Shown here piece after piece: positions 52,706 through 64,000 of a DNA stretch of 64,000 nucleotides. The DNA lies in NCBI GenBank assembly GCA_951406725.2, contig OX597815.1, positions 101,742,001-101,806,000 of the forward strand, in the 5' to 3' direction. The DNA comes from Octopus vulgaris. Its lineage: Eukaryota. Numbering within the stretch: the stretch's first letter is position 1; every line of letters begins with the position of its first letter. The position numbers were made by a program, and so were the translations under genes. The notes under the pieces are model-generated. The model ran no database searches. It was not told the DNA's origin and worked only from the letters and a program-made list of their open reading frames with translations.

Positions 52706-52793
52706 AACATACACATATATATATATACATATATATAGATACACACACACACACTCACACACACACACACACGCACTCACACACACACACACA

Positions 52794-52831
<38 letters not shown>

Positions 52832-52930
52832 TTATATATTTACATACATATATTTATATAACGGTCACAGTTTTTCCTCTATGTTATCACATTGCGCCAG
52901 GCTGTTTATATTAATTTTACGTATATACAT

Positions 52931-53757
52931 TACTCTTTTACTCGTTTCAGCCATGCGGCCGTGGTCATGTTGGAGCACCACCATGGTCTTTCTGACTTCT
53001 TTAGTCAGGGTGTTTCACATCACCACTCCTGTATGTGCCTTTATCTCAACTGTTGGTACGTTTGGTGCATAAGGGAGTTTGATTCCTCTGCCCTCGTTGG
53101 CACCTCATGTCACGCTGTTGGTTCATCCGGTATTGTGCAGAGGACGATGGCTATTTCCTTTTTGAAGATATCTCTTTGTACCTTATGCAAATTTCTTAAT
53201 TGTTGTGACAGGGCATTGAAGAGATGTGGGCCTTTGAACTATTGCAGTACCTGGTCCTGAATTTAGATAGAGCGGATGGTACCTTTGATACAATACAATG
53301 GTGGTCAGTTCTGGCATTTGTATAACACTCAATGCCAAAGTTAGGCACTAGCCCTTCTACAATTTTCCATATGTTAGATTATTGCATATCTGTCACGCCT
53401 TCGCTCCAGGGAGTAAAGATGTAGTTTTCTCAGCCTATCCCTGTAGCTCATCCGCTGCACTGTTTCAGTCTTTTTAGTGTAGTGGCGCTGGACTGCTTCA
53501 AGCTTCGCTGTTAGTTTGCACTATCTGGGGATCATAACTGAGAGCAGTAATCCAGGCGGCTGAGAACAAAGGTTCTCCACAGGGTCAACATAGTTTCTTG
53601 GTTTCTTGTCTTGAAGGCCCTCAGTACCTATCCTGCCAGTTGTCTGCACTTTGCTGCCATCTCGCTAATGTGCATATAAAATGATGCGTCATTGCACATA
53701 CTGATCCCAAGCCTTTCACTGCCTGTGACTCTGGGATTGTAGTACCTTCGGGTCCTG
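52931..53757 (-). mobile_element. CR1/L2-group LINE 3' fragment, related to 62191-63650
   Basis: Minus strand LRAFKTRNQETMLTLWRTFVLSRLDYCSQL*SP...LEAVQRHYTKK...SYRDRLRKLHLYSLERRR; ends GGTGCTCCAACATGACCACGG..TGGCTGAAACGAGTAAAAGAGTA. Confidence 0.88.
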
Positions 53758-53759
53758 TA

Positions 53760-53836
<77 letters not shown>

Positions 53837-54236
53837 GTATGTGCGTATGTAGAGATAAAACTTACTTGGAAAATTACTTAATAATTACGATGCGCACTCT
53901 TCTATCTCTACTATCTCTTCTCTGTCTATCTCTCTCCCTCTCTTGTTCTTCATCTTTTCTGGTTTTCTCTCCCACCCTTCCCTATTCTTCTCCTCTCCTC
54001 TTCACCGTTCCCTCTCTCTCACTCTTCCTCCTTGACTCTCTCGTCGCTGACATGTGACAAAAGGGAATCTATCTTTCTGTCCATGTCCTTCCTAAAGATA
54101 AGACGTGCTTATACCTGTCTCCTCTCATAAACTCGTGCTCTTAGCGTTCATAATAATTTTTCTATCGTCTTGGCTTAACAGCTCTCGCCGTTTGTTTTTA
54201 CTGTCTTGTTCTCACTATCCTGTTCTTGTTACCACT

Positions 54237-54372
54237 TTCACCCTCCGCAAAAAATCCTAAATTTTATTTAATTTACTTTGTGGGAAGGACTGTTTCAACG
54301 AAGTTGCGTATTGTCCTTACCTTCGGAACGCGGAGTAGATGCAACAGGGACAACAGATGAAGGAGAATATTC
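54237..54372 (+). ncRNA. Reverse-permuted hammerhead-like RNA, variant C (two core substitutions)
   Basis: GAAGG(54284)-A-CTGTTTCA..TTGCGT-A-TTGTCC-TTA-CCTTC-GGA-ACGCGG..TGCAACAG-GGACAA-CAGATGA(54354-54360). Confidence 0.65.
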
Positions 54373-54496
54373 TTTATCTTGCATGTCTCGTTTCTGTGTT
54401 TGTTTTTTCGTTGTTCGAAAATAAAAGTTCGTTTTCTATTTTTGTTTATATGATTTCGCTTCTCATTGTGTTCAATGCTTTTTTGATGTCCTGTAC

Positions 54497-54553
<57 letters not shown>

Positions 54554-54681
54554 GGACAAGACACACAAACATATACACACATCATATATATATACATATA
54601 TACACGCTTCAGTTCTCTCAAATCACTCGATCGGCCTATGAAGACACTGCCAGATCCATGGACTACTATGTTATACTCACA

Positions 54682-54768
<87 letters not shown>

Positions 54769-54777
54769 GTAGGTAGG

Positions 54778-54823
<46 letters not shown>

Positions 54824-55390
54824 TAGATATGTATGTATGTATACATGTTCATGCATATTTATATATACATATACATATACATAAATAGGTACATATACAC
54901 GTGCATGTATGTTCTTTCCTAATTATTTGAACTCATCTTACAAGAAAAAACTGGTGTTTAACAAAAGAAACAAATCTCTGCTTCTGAAATTTCGCTAAGA
55001 AATTCGATTAGTGTTTCTATATTGAACTTAAGAAAATTGTTGCATGGTTCCGAGTTCCTTCCTGATTGTTATTATAAGGTGCTTGTAAACTAGTCAGAAA
55101 GAAAGTCAATTTTAAGATATTCAATTAAACATTTACTAGCATACTGAAGCACACTAATAAGTATTGATAATAGAAATATGAAATTTTAACGAAGATTAGG
55201 GAAACTTCAGGTTTCAAAGTAGTTATTTATGTATATTCTCTCCGACTGATTTTGGAAGAAATCTTTACATTTACAGGGAAATGTTTTTCGTAGCTATCTC
55301 CTACTCTTGGATGGCAAAAGTTCGACCTCCGAGATATGATATAATGTAAAAATAATGAGTCCTAGAGAAGTTATACTCCATGTTAATATT

Positions 55391-55602
55391 CGTTTCAAAT
55401 CTTGACACAAGGCCAGCAATTTCGGAGACGGGGTTAAGTCGATTACATCGACTCTAAAGCTCAACTGGTACTTATTTTATCGACTTCTGGAAGGAAAAAA
55501 GACAAAATCGATCTCAAAAACTTGATCTCAGAAAGTAAAGACGGACGAAATGCTGCTAAGCATTTCGTCCTTGCTAACGATTATGCCAGTCCACCGCCTT
55601 AC
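55391..55602 (-). mobile_element. Meta-domain-like SINE with 16-bp TSD
   Basis: ACTCCATGTTAATATT at 55375-55390 and 55603-55618. Confidence 0.85.
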
Positions 55603-57019
55603 ACTCCATGTTAATATTAACATCATTAAATTCAATAAATACACATATCTTGAAATCATCTCCCTTTTATTTTAGTGTTGCTGAAGTTAATCTCGATAGG
55701 ATTTTAATTCAGAATGGACAGGGCCATAACTAAATACCAAGTGCATTGTATTTGACAGTAACTATCCTGGCATCGTCACTTTTGGTCACTCGTTCCGATA
55801 CAAATAGCTGTAAAATCTCTCTCAAACTACTCTCTTAACTGAACAAAGAATACATTATATAATGTAGTCTTGCATATATGTAAACAGACGTGGCGGTTAC
55901 TGCTGGAACCCTGTGATCATAAATTTGCTTGATCAGGGCCGTGATTATTGATTTTTTTTTTAATGTCTGAAGAAGAAGGTTGTAACCATAATATTCGCAG
56001 GACCTTCGGATCTAGAGAGATCAAGCCGACTAATTGCAAGTTGATCACTGCAGCAAAAATATAGACAACGATTCGATTAGTAAATTGAAAGCTTAATACA
56101 GAAAATTGTTAATATATCTCTTGAAATATATCTTTGCTATGGAAATACTGAGTGCTGTATAATAATCAGAACTATCCGTCCATACTATAATGGATCTAAG
56201 TCAATGTACATGTAACCAAAACTCTAAACTCGGAAACGATTGGTTAATTTACGCAGCACTACCAACCAATTTTCGCCCTAATAACCCACTCTTCCTCATG
56301 TTACTTCCCACGAGCTGCTCCTTTCTTAGTATTTCTCCCTTACAACCCACGCATCAACTTCAACACTTTTCCTTGAATTTTTTTTTTTTCACAATTGTCA
56401 ATGCATGTCTTTTAAAAGAAAATTTAGACTTTTTCGCTCCGCAGGACAACCAAACCTTCTAATTACTCAGATTTACCGAACTTGTTAACTTCACTTGAAT
56501 GTCTCTAATGTTTCTAATGCGATTAAGGATTTTTGTCTTATACTCACAAACTCAAATCAAGTATTCCGATAATGATGGTGTTGAAATGTTATTGGTTTCG
56601 CAGTTATTTCTAATTGGTTGAGTGACCGCATAGAGTTTCTCGTTGGTTTCATTCATGTGAGGTTACCATCCTTGGTAATTAAAGGTAAATACCGAGCGCA
56701 CAAATTATTACGGTTCATAAACAATATTCAATTTATCAGGTAAAATATTCAACTATAACTATGTTTGCCTGGATCTAATGATCTGCTCTTTAGGAAAAAA
56801 CAGAAAAAACAATATTTTAATATCTGATGTGTATGCACCTACACTGTCACCCTATACACAAACAACAGCGACCAAAGCTCCATCAAATCACACCCCACCG
56901 TTAAAATTCATGGACGCTTTCAATAATATAGTCTTATCGCACTCATTTCCAACAATTAAAAGTGATTCGATGGCTATTAACATAAAATACATTGAATCTT
57001 TCTCCGTAGCCAATTATAT

Positions 57020-57950
57020 GGCTTTCGTAAAATCAAATCTACTGGAGACCTTTTCACCTATCTCACTCACCAGTGGACTCTCGCCACGGTAAAATTGTCG
57101 CTGCACTTGGCACCTACAAGCATTCCACTGGAATTTTTGAGTAAAACTTCTCGCCTATGTTCTACATTTGTCTTTTGGATCGGTGGCTTCCTGTCAGAGC
57201 TTCCTATTGCGGTGTGGACTGATGAAGAACATCCCTGATTTACACTATAAACTCTGGTGTGCTATAGGGCTCCATTTTGTTTTCCACTTACTTTACTTCT
57301 CTTATAGCGCAATCTACTTTCCGTCATCTGCAGCAACATTCATCCCTACGTAGATGACATCCCCTTTCACTTCTTTCCAAGCTTCCTCCACGCCAAACCC
57401 GCACTGACATCATGAACACCGAACTCGAACACATTCTCCAGTATGGCCATGCCAACCTTATATCTTTCTGTAGCACAAAGACATGATGCAGCACAGAATT
57501 TTGTCAGTGAACGAGTCGCGGTCTTAAAGCGACGAAAATATTTTGACAAATTAAACTTAAATGTTGAAGTGAATCGAACGGCTTTTGTGTGTTTCTTAAA
57601 TGGCTTACAAACACCTTCCACGCTGCATTTGTTTTCGTTTCAGCACACGATCTCAGATCAAATCACTTGCTATGCAAGTACATCTCCGTAAAATACATAA
57701 TCGCTACATCGAAAAAAAAGCATATCGTACCTTCTTCCACTTATACATAAACGACAAGCAAATATAACCCTCAATGTCGCTACAAACGTTAGGTTCCACC
57801 GTCACTGATGATCTGCCTTGGAAAACTCACGTCCTCAATATAGCAAGGACCGCATCACAAAAACTGACTTTCCTCTTCAAAGTCAGAAAGTACTTCGACA
57901 CCCAACATCTATAATATACTGAAGAAAACTCAAGTGAAAACCTCTCAGGC
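57020..57950 (+). mobile_element. Old LINE RT relic interrupted by a Penelope-type repeat (57490-57691)
   Basis: NSGVL*GSIL, YVDD, then LGSTVTDDLPWKTHVLNIARTASQKLTFLFKVRKYF after the insertion. Confidence 0.65.
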
Positions 57951-58704
57951 ACTCCAACAAACTCTTCTATTTTCTTTACTTATACTGCATGTCCCATGAG
58001 CCTAGCACCATGGAGACGGCGAGAATTCCAGATAGTCATCGTGGGGCAATAGGTGCCAGTAATATATTGTGTGATTCATTTTACTATCTACCTTCAATGA
58101 CAAAAATATTAATCACTTTGTTTAAAATGTTTTCAATGTTTTTGTTGATGTTGTTAATGCTGCTGCTGCTGTCGATAATGATGACGATTTTGGTGATAAT
58201 ACTGGTTACAATAATGATGATGATGATGATGATGATGACAGCGATGAGGATGATGATGATGAAGAGAGGGTAGAGGTAAGGTTGTAGCAGTGCTGATTAT
58301 GGTGGTTTTTGATGGTTTGTAGTAGTAAACATGAATGTTGCTTTTACTAAACTTTGCTCCTTGCCAGTAACGCCTCTGTGTGCAGTCAGTCAGCCTGCTT
58401 GCCTGGGCTGTATCACCGGATAGTCGACTACATATGCTACCTTATCTCCATCAGTACCTGCCTATCTCCCTCTACCTGGTTGCCTTAGCTGCTTGCTTGA
58501 GTATTGCCATGTCTGTGTTTTTACTGTCTGTTTGTGTATCTACCCTTACAGTAAAATTGATCATTGATTCATTGATTGCACGAGTCGGTGGCGTCGCTCC
58601 ACCATTTTTTGATGGAACGTCAGTAATGACCACCATATACACAGAGCGGTATATATGCAAAGTCACCATATACACAGTCACTTAGTTGTTCTGCTCAGGT
58701 CTTC

Positions 58705-58785
<81 letters not shown>

Positions 58786-58971
58786 TCCTGCCTAACCCTT
58801 TTTTTCTTTTCTTTCGCTCTCATTTTCGTCTTTTTCTCTCCTACCCCCTTTCCACGCAACACTGAAGCACACGGACAAGCACTGCACTACTGTGAACACA
58901 CGTGTGTGGTGGGACGCACCGCCAATCATTACTGGAAACAAGTGAACACGTTTATTTAAAACAACAACAGC

Positions 58972-59014
<43 letters not shown>

Positions 59015-59619
59015 GCAACAGCCGCAGCAGCAACAGTAATAGCAAACCCCCAGCTAGGAAGTACCCTAGTCTCTCCACCCCCTCTCTCTCTCTCGCGCAT
59101 ATGCACACCAACTTATATACACATATACACGCTCACGCACACACGCACAAGCACATACACACAAAACTTCTGTCGACATAGTGCTAGCATAAGAATGGTA
59201 AACCCCTACCAAATCACAACATTATTACCAATATATAATAGTCATTGTATGTATATAATAGTTTGGACGAGTGATGCCAGCAGATACTAACACATCGTAC
59301 TGTCGTAGCCTCAAGCATGCAGTCTGTGCAGTCTGGCTTAGGGTATGGGTGTTCCTGGATTTGTTTTTATTGGACAAAGCAATCATTAGTGGCCATCCGT
59401 AAGTCACTCTATTCATTCATTTAGATAAAGACTGTTTTTGTTATTTTTGCTGTTGTTGTGAATGATGTCAAAGTTTTATAGAAGTGAGAATCGGGGAAAC
59501 ATCAGGTTATACAAGCACAATGCCTTTATATCTTAGAAGGGAAAAGGGAGGTTATAATGCTCATATCTTTTGCAAGTCATTAGCATTGAAAGTCGTTGTT
59601 ATTGTTGTTATTTTGATTT

Positions 59620-59830
59620 TAACTCCAGGCTAACCTCCATCGAGCAGACATGCGATCAAAAGTTTCCAGCTGTGACCATCCCGTTTTTTTTTGTTCCATA
59701 TATAGTGTATCCAAAACTACATTATCAAATGTGTCGTTTCTTTAAAGACGATAAGTTGCGATTTGAGGGAAAATTGGTTGCTATTTTGTAGCTGGCCAGG
59801 TGATGAGGTAGAGACGCTCCTTTGTTAAAT
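59620..59830 (+). repeat. Old interspersed repeat of unknown class (other copies ~1705-1880, 24095-24270, 34050-34230(-), 51150-51330, 55770-55940(-), 61140-61350(-))
   Basis: Shared degenerate motifs ATCGAGCAGAC..GATCAAA...TTCCAGC.GTGACCATCC and ATTTGAGGGA.A.TTGG.TGCTATTT.TAGC. Confidence 0.55.
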
Positions 59831-60295
59831 TAAATCACGGTAAGTGAAGAGAGATTGGGGTGCAGCATCATTTCAGGCTTTGGGTGTTCACCATTAGGTA
59901 AGATATGTGCTTAAACTTTACAACATTAAACTCGCAAACTAGAGAACTGGATATCAGTTCCATTTGGTCAACAGTTTCAAACTGATGGGTCCTAATCAAA
60001 CGAAAATGGGTCGCAGTATAATTCCGGAAAAATATGGAAACAAGGCCTTTTATTTTTGAAATATTCGATACAATATCTTTCGAAATATCCGATTTAATAT
60101 TTTATCTTTTAGTCGTTTATGTTACTGGACTGCAGCCATCCTAAGACACCACCTTAAAGGTTTAGTCGGAAAGAAAAAAATATTCAACCCCAGTATTTAT
60201 TTTTTAAGCCTGGTACTTATTCTGATGCTCTCTTTTGCCGAATCAGTATGTTACGAGGCATAAACAAACCGGTATCGGTTGTCAAACTGTGGGAA

Positions 60296-60344
<49 letters not shown>

Positions 60345-60630
60345 TATATATATATATGTGTGTGTGTGTGTGTATATATGTATATACACGACGGTTTCCA
60401 GACAATTTTCATATACCAAATTCACTCAAAAGTACTTAGAAAAATAAAAATGAAAATGTAATACAATAAACTATAAGCATTAGGGTTTTAAAAGCGACGA
60501 ATTGGCGCTAAAATGTCGGATACTTGTTTTAGCTGGCTTTCTGCAAACTGAGTTCAAATCACATCGAGATTAACTCAGCCTTTAGGGCATCAAGGAATAA
60601 AAATCGTCGATAAAGTACTTCATAAAGTAC

Positions 60631-60902
60631 TCTTCTTCTTCTTCTTCTTCTTCTTCTTCTTCTTCTTCTTCTTCTTCTTCTTCTTCTTCTTCTTCTTCTC
60701 CTCCTCCTCCTCCTCCTTCTTCTTCTTCTTCTTCTTCTTCTTCTTCTTCTTCTTCTTCTTCTTCTTCTTCTTCTTCTTCTTCTCCTCCTCCTCCTCCTCC
60801 TTCTTCTTCTTCTTCTGCTTCTTCTTCTTCTTCTTCTTCTTCTTCTTCTTCTTCTTCTTCTTCTTCTTCTTCTTCTTCTTCTTCTTCTTCTTCTTCTTCT
60901 TC
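60631..60902. repeat. (TTC)n/(TCC)n polypyrimidine tract, ~270 bp
   Basis: Seen directly; it is the source of the poly-Glu/Gly ORF. Confidence 0.95.
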
Positions 60903-62020
60903 AGTGCGGTTTCGATTCATGGATGAAGTCACTTCACTTAACTAAAACGGCAATTCCTTTAAAAAGGATTTCTCATTTTCCTCTCACCTAAGCTGAAAAT
61001 AACTGTTTATATTATGAAATGTGCTGTTGCGTAAGCGTTTAATGTTTGGTGAGTAGGAAGGTAGCAACCCACTTTTACTTTCAAGCTGAAACCAAATTAC
61101 TGCATTTAGACCACTAGTTGAAGCAGGTAAATATTGAACAACCAACCGTTTTCTCTATGAACAAACCAGCACGATAACCTATGCATGTCGTTCCAATCTC
61201 TAAGATTAATCTTACTTCTCATCCTTAAAAACTAGAAAGACATATTAAACATATTAATGTAATCCTACATAATGTTTGATAAAGATGGTGTGGTCACGTT
61301 TGGAACATCTTTGATCATAGATGTGCTGATGAAGATAGACCTGAGGTCTGAAAATAAACAACTACTTCCAAGTAAACTTCTGATTTTACGTCTAAGTCAG
61401 AAAGCAACATTTAAGTGGTACAACATACCATTGATAGTTGTTTCGGTAATATATAACTATCGTGGACTTCATAAGTTATCAGTTCTGAATTTAGTTCTTC
61501 CTGTTGTGATAATTTATCTACTAGTTGGATAAAGGTGTGCTCTACCAAGTTGATTTGTCAAGAAGACCGGTAAAAAATTTTAGTGAAATCCATATAATTC
61601 GTACTCTATCAGACTCGTCATTTTATGAATCGTCGTACAAATAATAGTGAATAAAACTCGTCGCTACATGAAAAACATTGAGGTAAAGCATAATGAAATT
61701 TTTACATTACAGAAGGCGGAAGTACGAAAGCAGAGTGAGCCAACGTTGTCATTCATCTTTTATGACTAGAAGTAAAATCTCTTTCAAATATATCCTTCCA
61801 CATACAAAATATAATGGAGAACTAAAACTGGCTCACGTCTTCCTACTTCATAAATATCGAAATAAAGTAATTTTGATAAAATGTTTTCCCCTTTTATCTG
61901 AATATATATATATATATATATATTGATAAAAATGGCAAGACAACAAAATAATGAAAAACACCTCGATGTTATGTAAATAGAGGAATTTATCTGTAAATGT
62001 AACATGTGATAATTATTCGG

Positions 62021-62094
62021 TAGCCATGATAAAACTCCAAGTTTCGGATGCCGAGGTGGAAATCCACGCCGCCATCTCTTCAGTTATCTGGCCA
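62021..62094 (-). ncRNA. Type I hammerhead ribozyme with intact core
   Basis: TGGCCA-GATAA-CTGAAGA-GATG..GTGG-ATTT-CCAC..CATC-C-GAAA-CTTGGAG-TT-TTATC-A-TGGCTA. Confidence 0.75.
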
Positions 62095-62129
62095 TCGGAA
62101 AAAATGCTATGAAAATGACCGTTATACGA

Positions 62130-62190
<61 letters not shown>

Positions 62191-62192
<2 letters not shown>

Positions 62193-63650
62193 CCAAGAAC
62201 TACACACCTATCTCCCTAACTTCACACATCAGCAAGGTCATGGAACGAATAGTCAGAAGGAAACTAATCACCTTCCTTGAAGAAAATGACTTGCTGCCTG
62301 ACACCCAACATGGTTTCCGACCAACACTATGACTGGGTGCTGAAACAACTGCTCAACCACTCAAATGTGGAAGTCATATATCTCGACTTTGCAAAGGCCT
62401 TTGATAAAGTCGATCATGGAATGATATGTCACAAACTGCGTGATCTTGGCATAGTTGGAAAATTGGGAGAATGGCTTCATGACTTTCTGAAGAATAGAAG
62501 TCAGGTGGTAACAGCCAATGGGGCCACTTCCATTAACACGCAAATAGTGAGCGGTGTTCCGCAGGGCACTGTTTTGGGACCACTACTGTTCATAATGGCC
62601 CTCTCAGACATGCCCTCAGCCACGCAGAGAGCCACGATCACAAGTTATGCAGATGATACAAAAGTCTCACAGGCAATACAGAACCCTGAAGACACTAAGC
62701 ACCTGCAATGTGAGCTGGACGAAATATACAAGTGGGCTGAAAAGAATAGCATGCAGTTCAATGCTAAAAAGTTTCAAGCTTTATACTATCAGCATGCAAA
62801 ACTGAATGCAATACCCAATGAATACACTGGACCCGGAGGGATTGCAATCCCAGAGGCACAATCAGTGCGTGACTTGGGTATTCACATGAGTGATGACGCG
62901 ACCTTTCATGTACATGTTGCTAAACTGGCAATGAAATGTAGACGGCTGGCTGGCTGGATTCTTAGAACCTTTAGAACAAGAGAACAAGAAACCATGATGG
63001 TCCTCTGGAAGACACTTGTCCTAAGCCACTTTGACTATTGCTCTCAGCTATGGTCACCATCCAGTGTCAAGTTGATCACAGAACTTGAGGCGATCCAAAG
63101 AAGCTACACGAAGAAGATAGCCTCTGTGCAGCATATGAGCTACTGGGAAAGACTCAAGAGATTAAAGATCTATTCCATCGAGCGTAGGCGAGAAAGATAT
63201 GCCATAATATATATCTGGAAGATCTTGGAAGGACTTGTCCCAAACTTTGGCATCGAGAGTCACACAAATGCCAGAACCGGGCGCCACTGCGTAGTACCAA
63301 GGACTCCAAATTTGCCATCAAAATGTAGGACAAGATATTGTGATAGCCTGGGCTTCAGAGGCCCACAGCTCTTCAATATCCTCCCAAAGAACCTGAGGGA
63401 CCTGCATGGTGTAGATGCGAATGTCTTTAAAGTAGGACTGGACCTCTTCCTGTCAGGTATCCCGGATGAACCAACTTCACGGCAGGAGGTGCAGATGAGG
63501 GCAGCTGCATCGAACTTTCTCATGCATCAGATGGCGTTTGCTAAAAAGCATCCGTGAGGTAAAATCGTGTAGCAAACCAAATAGCGGTGCCCCAGCATGG
63601 CCACAGCTCATTAGCTGAAACTGGAAAAATCAAAAATCATCAATCAAAAT
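62191..63650 (+). mobile_element. Young 5'-truncated CR1/L2-group LINE: RT domain (ORF 62277-63557) and 3' tail
   Basis: NYTPISLTSHISKVMERIV..QHGFR (upstream frame), YLDFAKAFDKVDH, SGVPQGTVLGPLLF, YADD, VRDLG, FDYCSQLWSP, YSIERRRERY; flanked by (TA)n. Confidence 0.95.
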
Positions 63651-63659
63651 CATATATAT

Positions 63660-63716
<57 letters not shown>

Positions 63717-64000
63717 TATATAGCAAAAAGACAAATTGTGATACGTATTTTTTTCTAATGCTATCTCTGAGGTTAGTGGAATGAATTAGTTTCAATAAAA
63801 CATGATAAGCTGATCGCAGATTAGATTTGTCACAAATTATTCATCCCGTCTCTAGCAATAGCTTTTGAAAAGCAGTTGTACTGGTCGAACAATACGTTAA
63901 AAGTTAACATTTTACTTGCAAAAATTAAAGGGAGACGAGGGAGCAATATGCTCATAGTCAATACTCTGCTTAATATACCTCCAGTCAACCACGTTACTGA

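Noticed and set aside
58380-58685. Non-repetitive 101-aa hydrophobic ORF
   Set aside because: Non-ATG start, no recognisable domain, no clear exon boundaries.
60582-60932. Poly-Glu/Gly ORF
   Set aside because: Translation of the (TTC)/(TCC) tract.

Overview
AT-rich animal non-coding DNA, saturated with microsatellites ((TA)n, (CA)n, (GA)n, (ATCT)n, (TACA)n, (TAA)n, (TTC)n). The repeat content suggests an octopus intergenic or intronic region; this is an inference, not a database match. I found no convincing host protein-coding gene, and nearly all listed ORFs are microsatellite translations. The real content is transposon-derived: a Helitron helicase end plus three Helitron 3' termini, mariner/Tc1 relics, CR1/L2-group, RTE, R4/Dong-like and Penelope retroelement fragments, three tRNA-derived SINE families and several foldback/MITE elements. 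The main discovery is RNA-level. The window holds about ten Penelope-type type I hammerhead ribozyme motifs. It also holds six copies, in four divergent sequence variants, of a ~130-150 nt structure that keeps the hammerhead core (CUGANGA, GAAA, UH) but joins the three core strands in the reverse cyclic order to types I/II/III, with covarying helices. One variant sits in a near-identical 779-bp partial tandem resembling a retrozyme. All structures were read by eye; no folding or database search was run.
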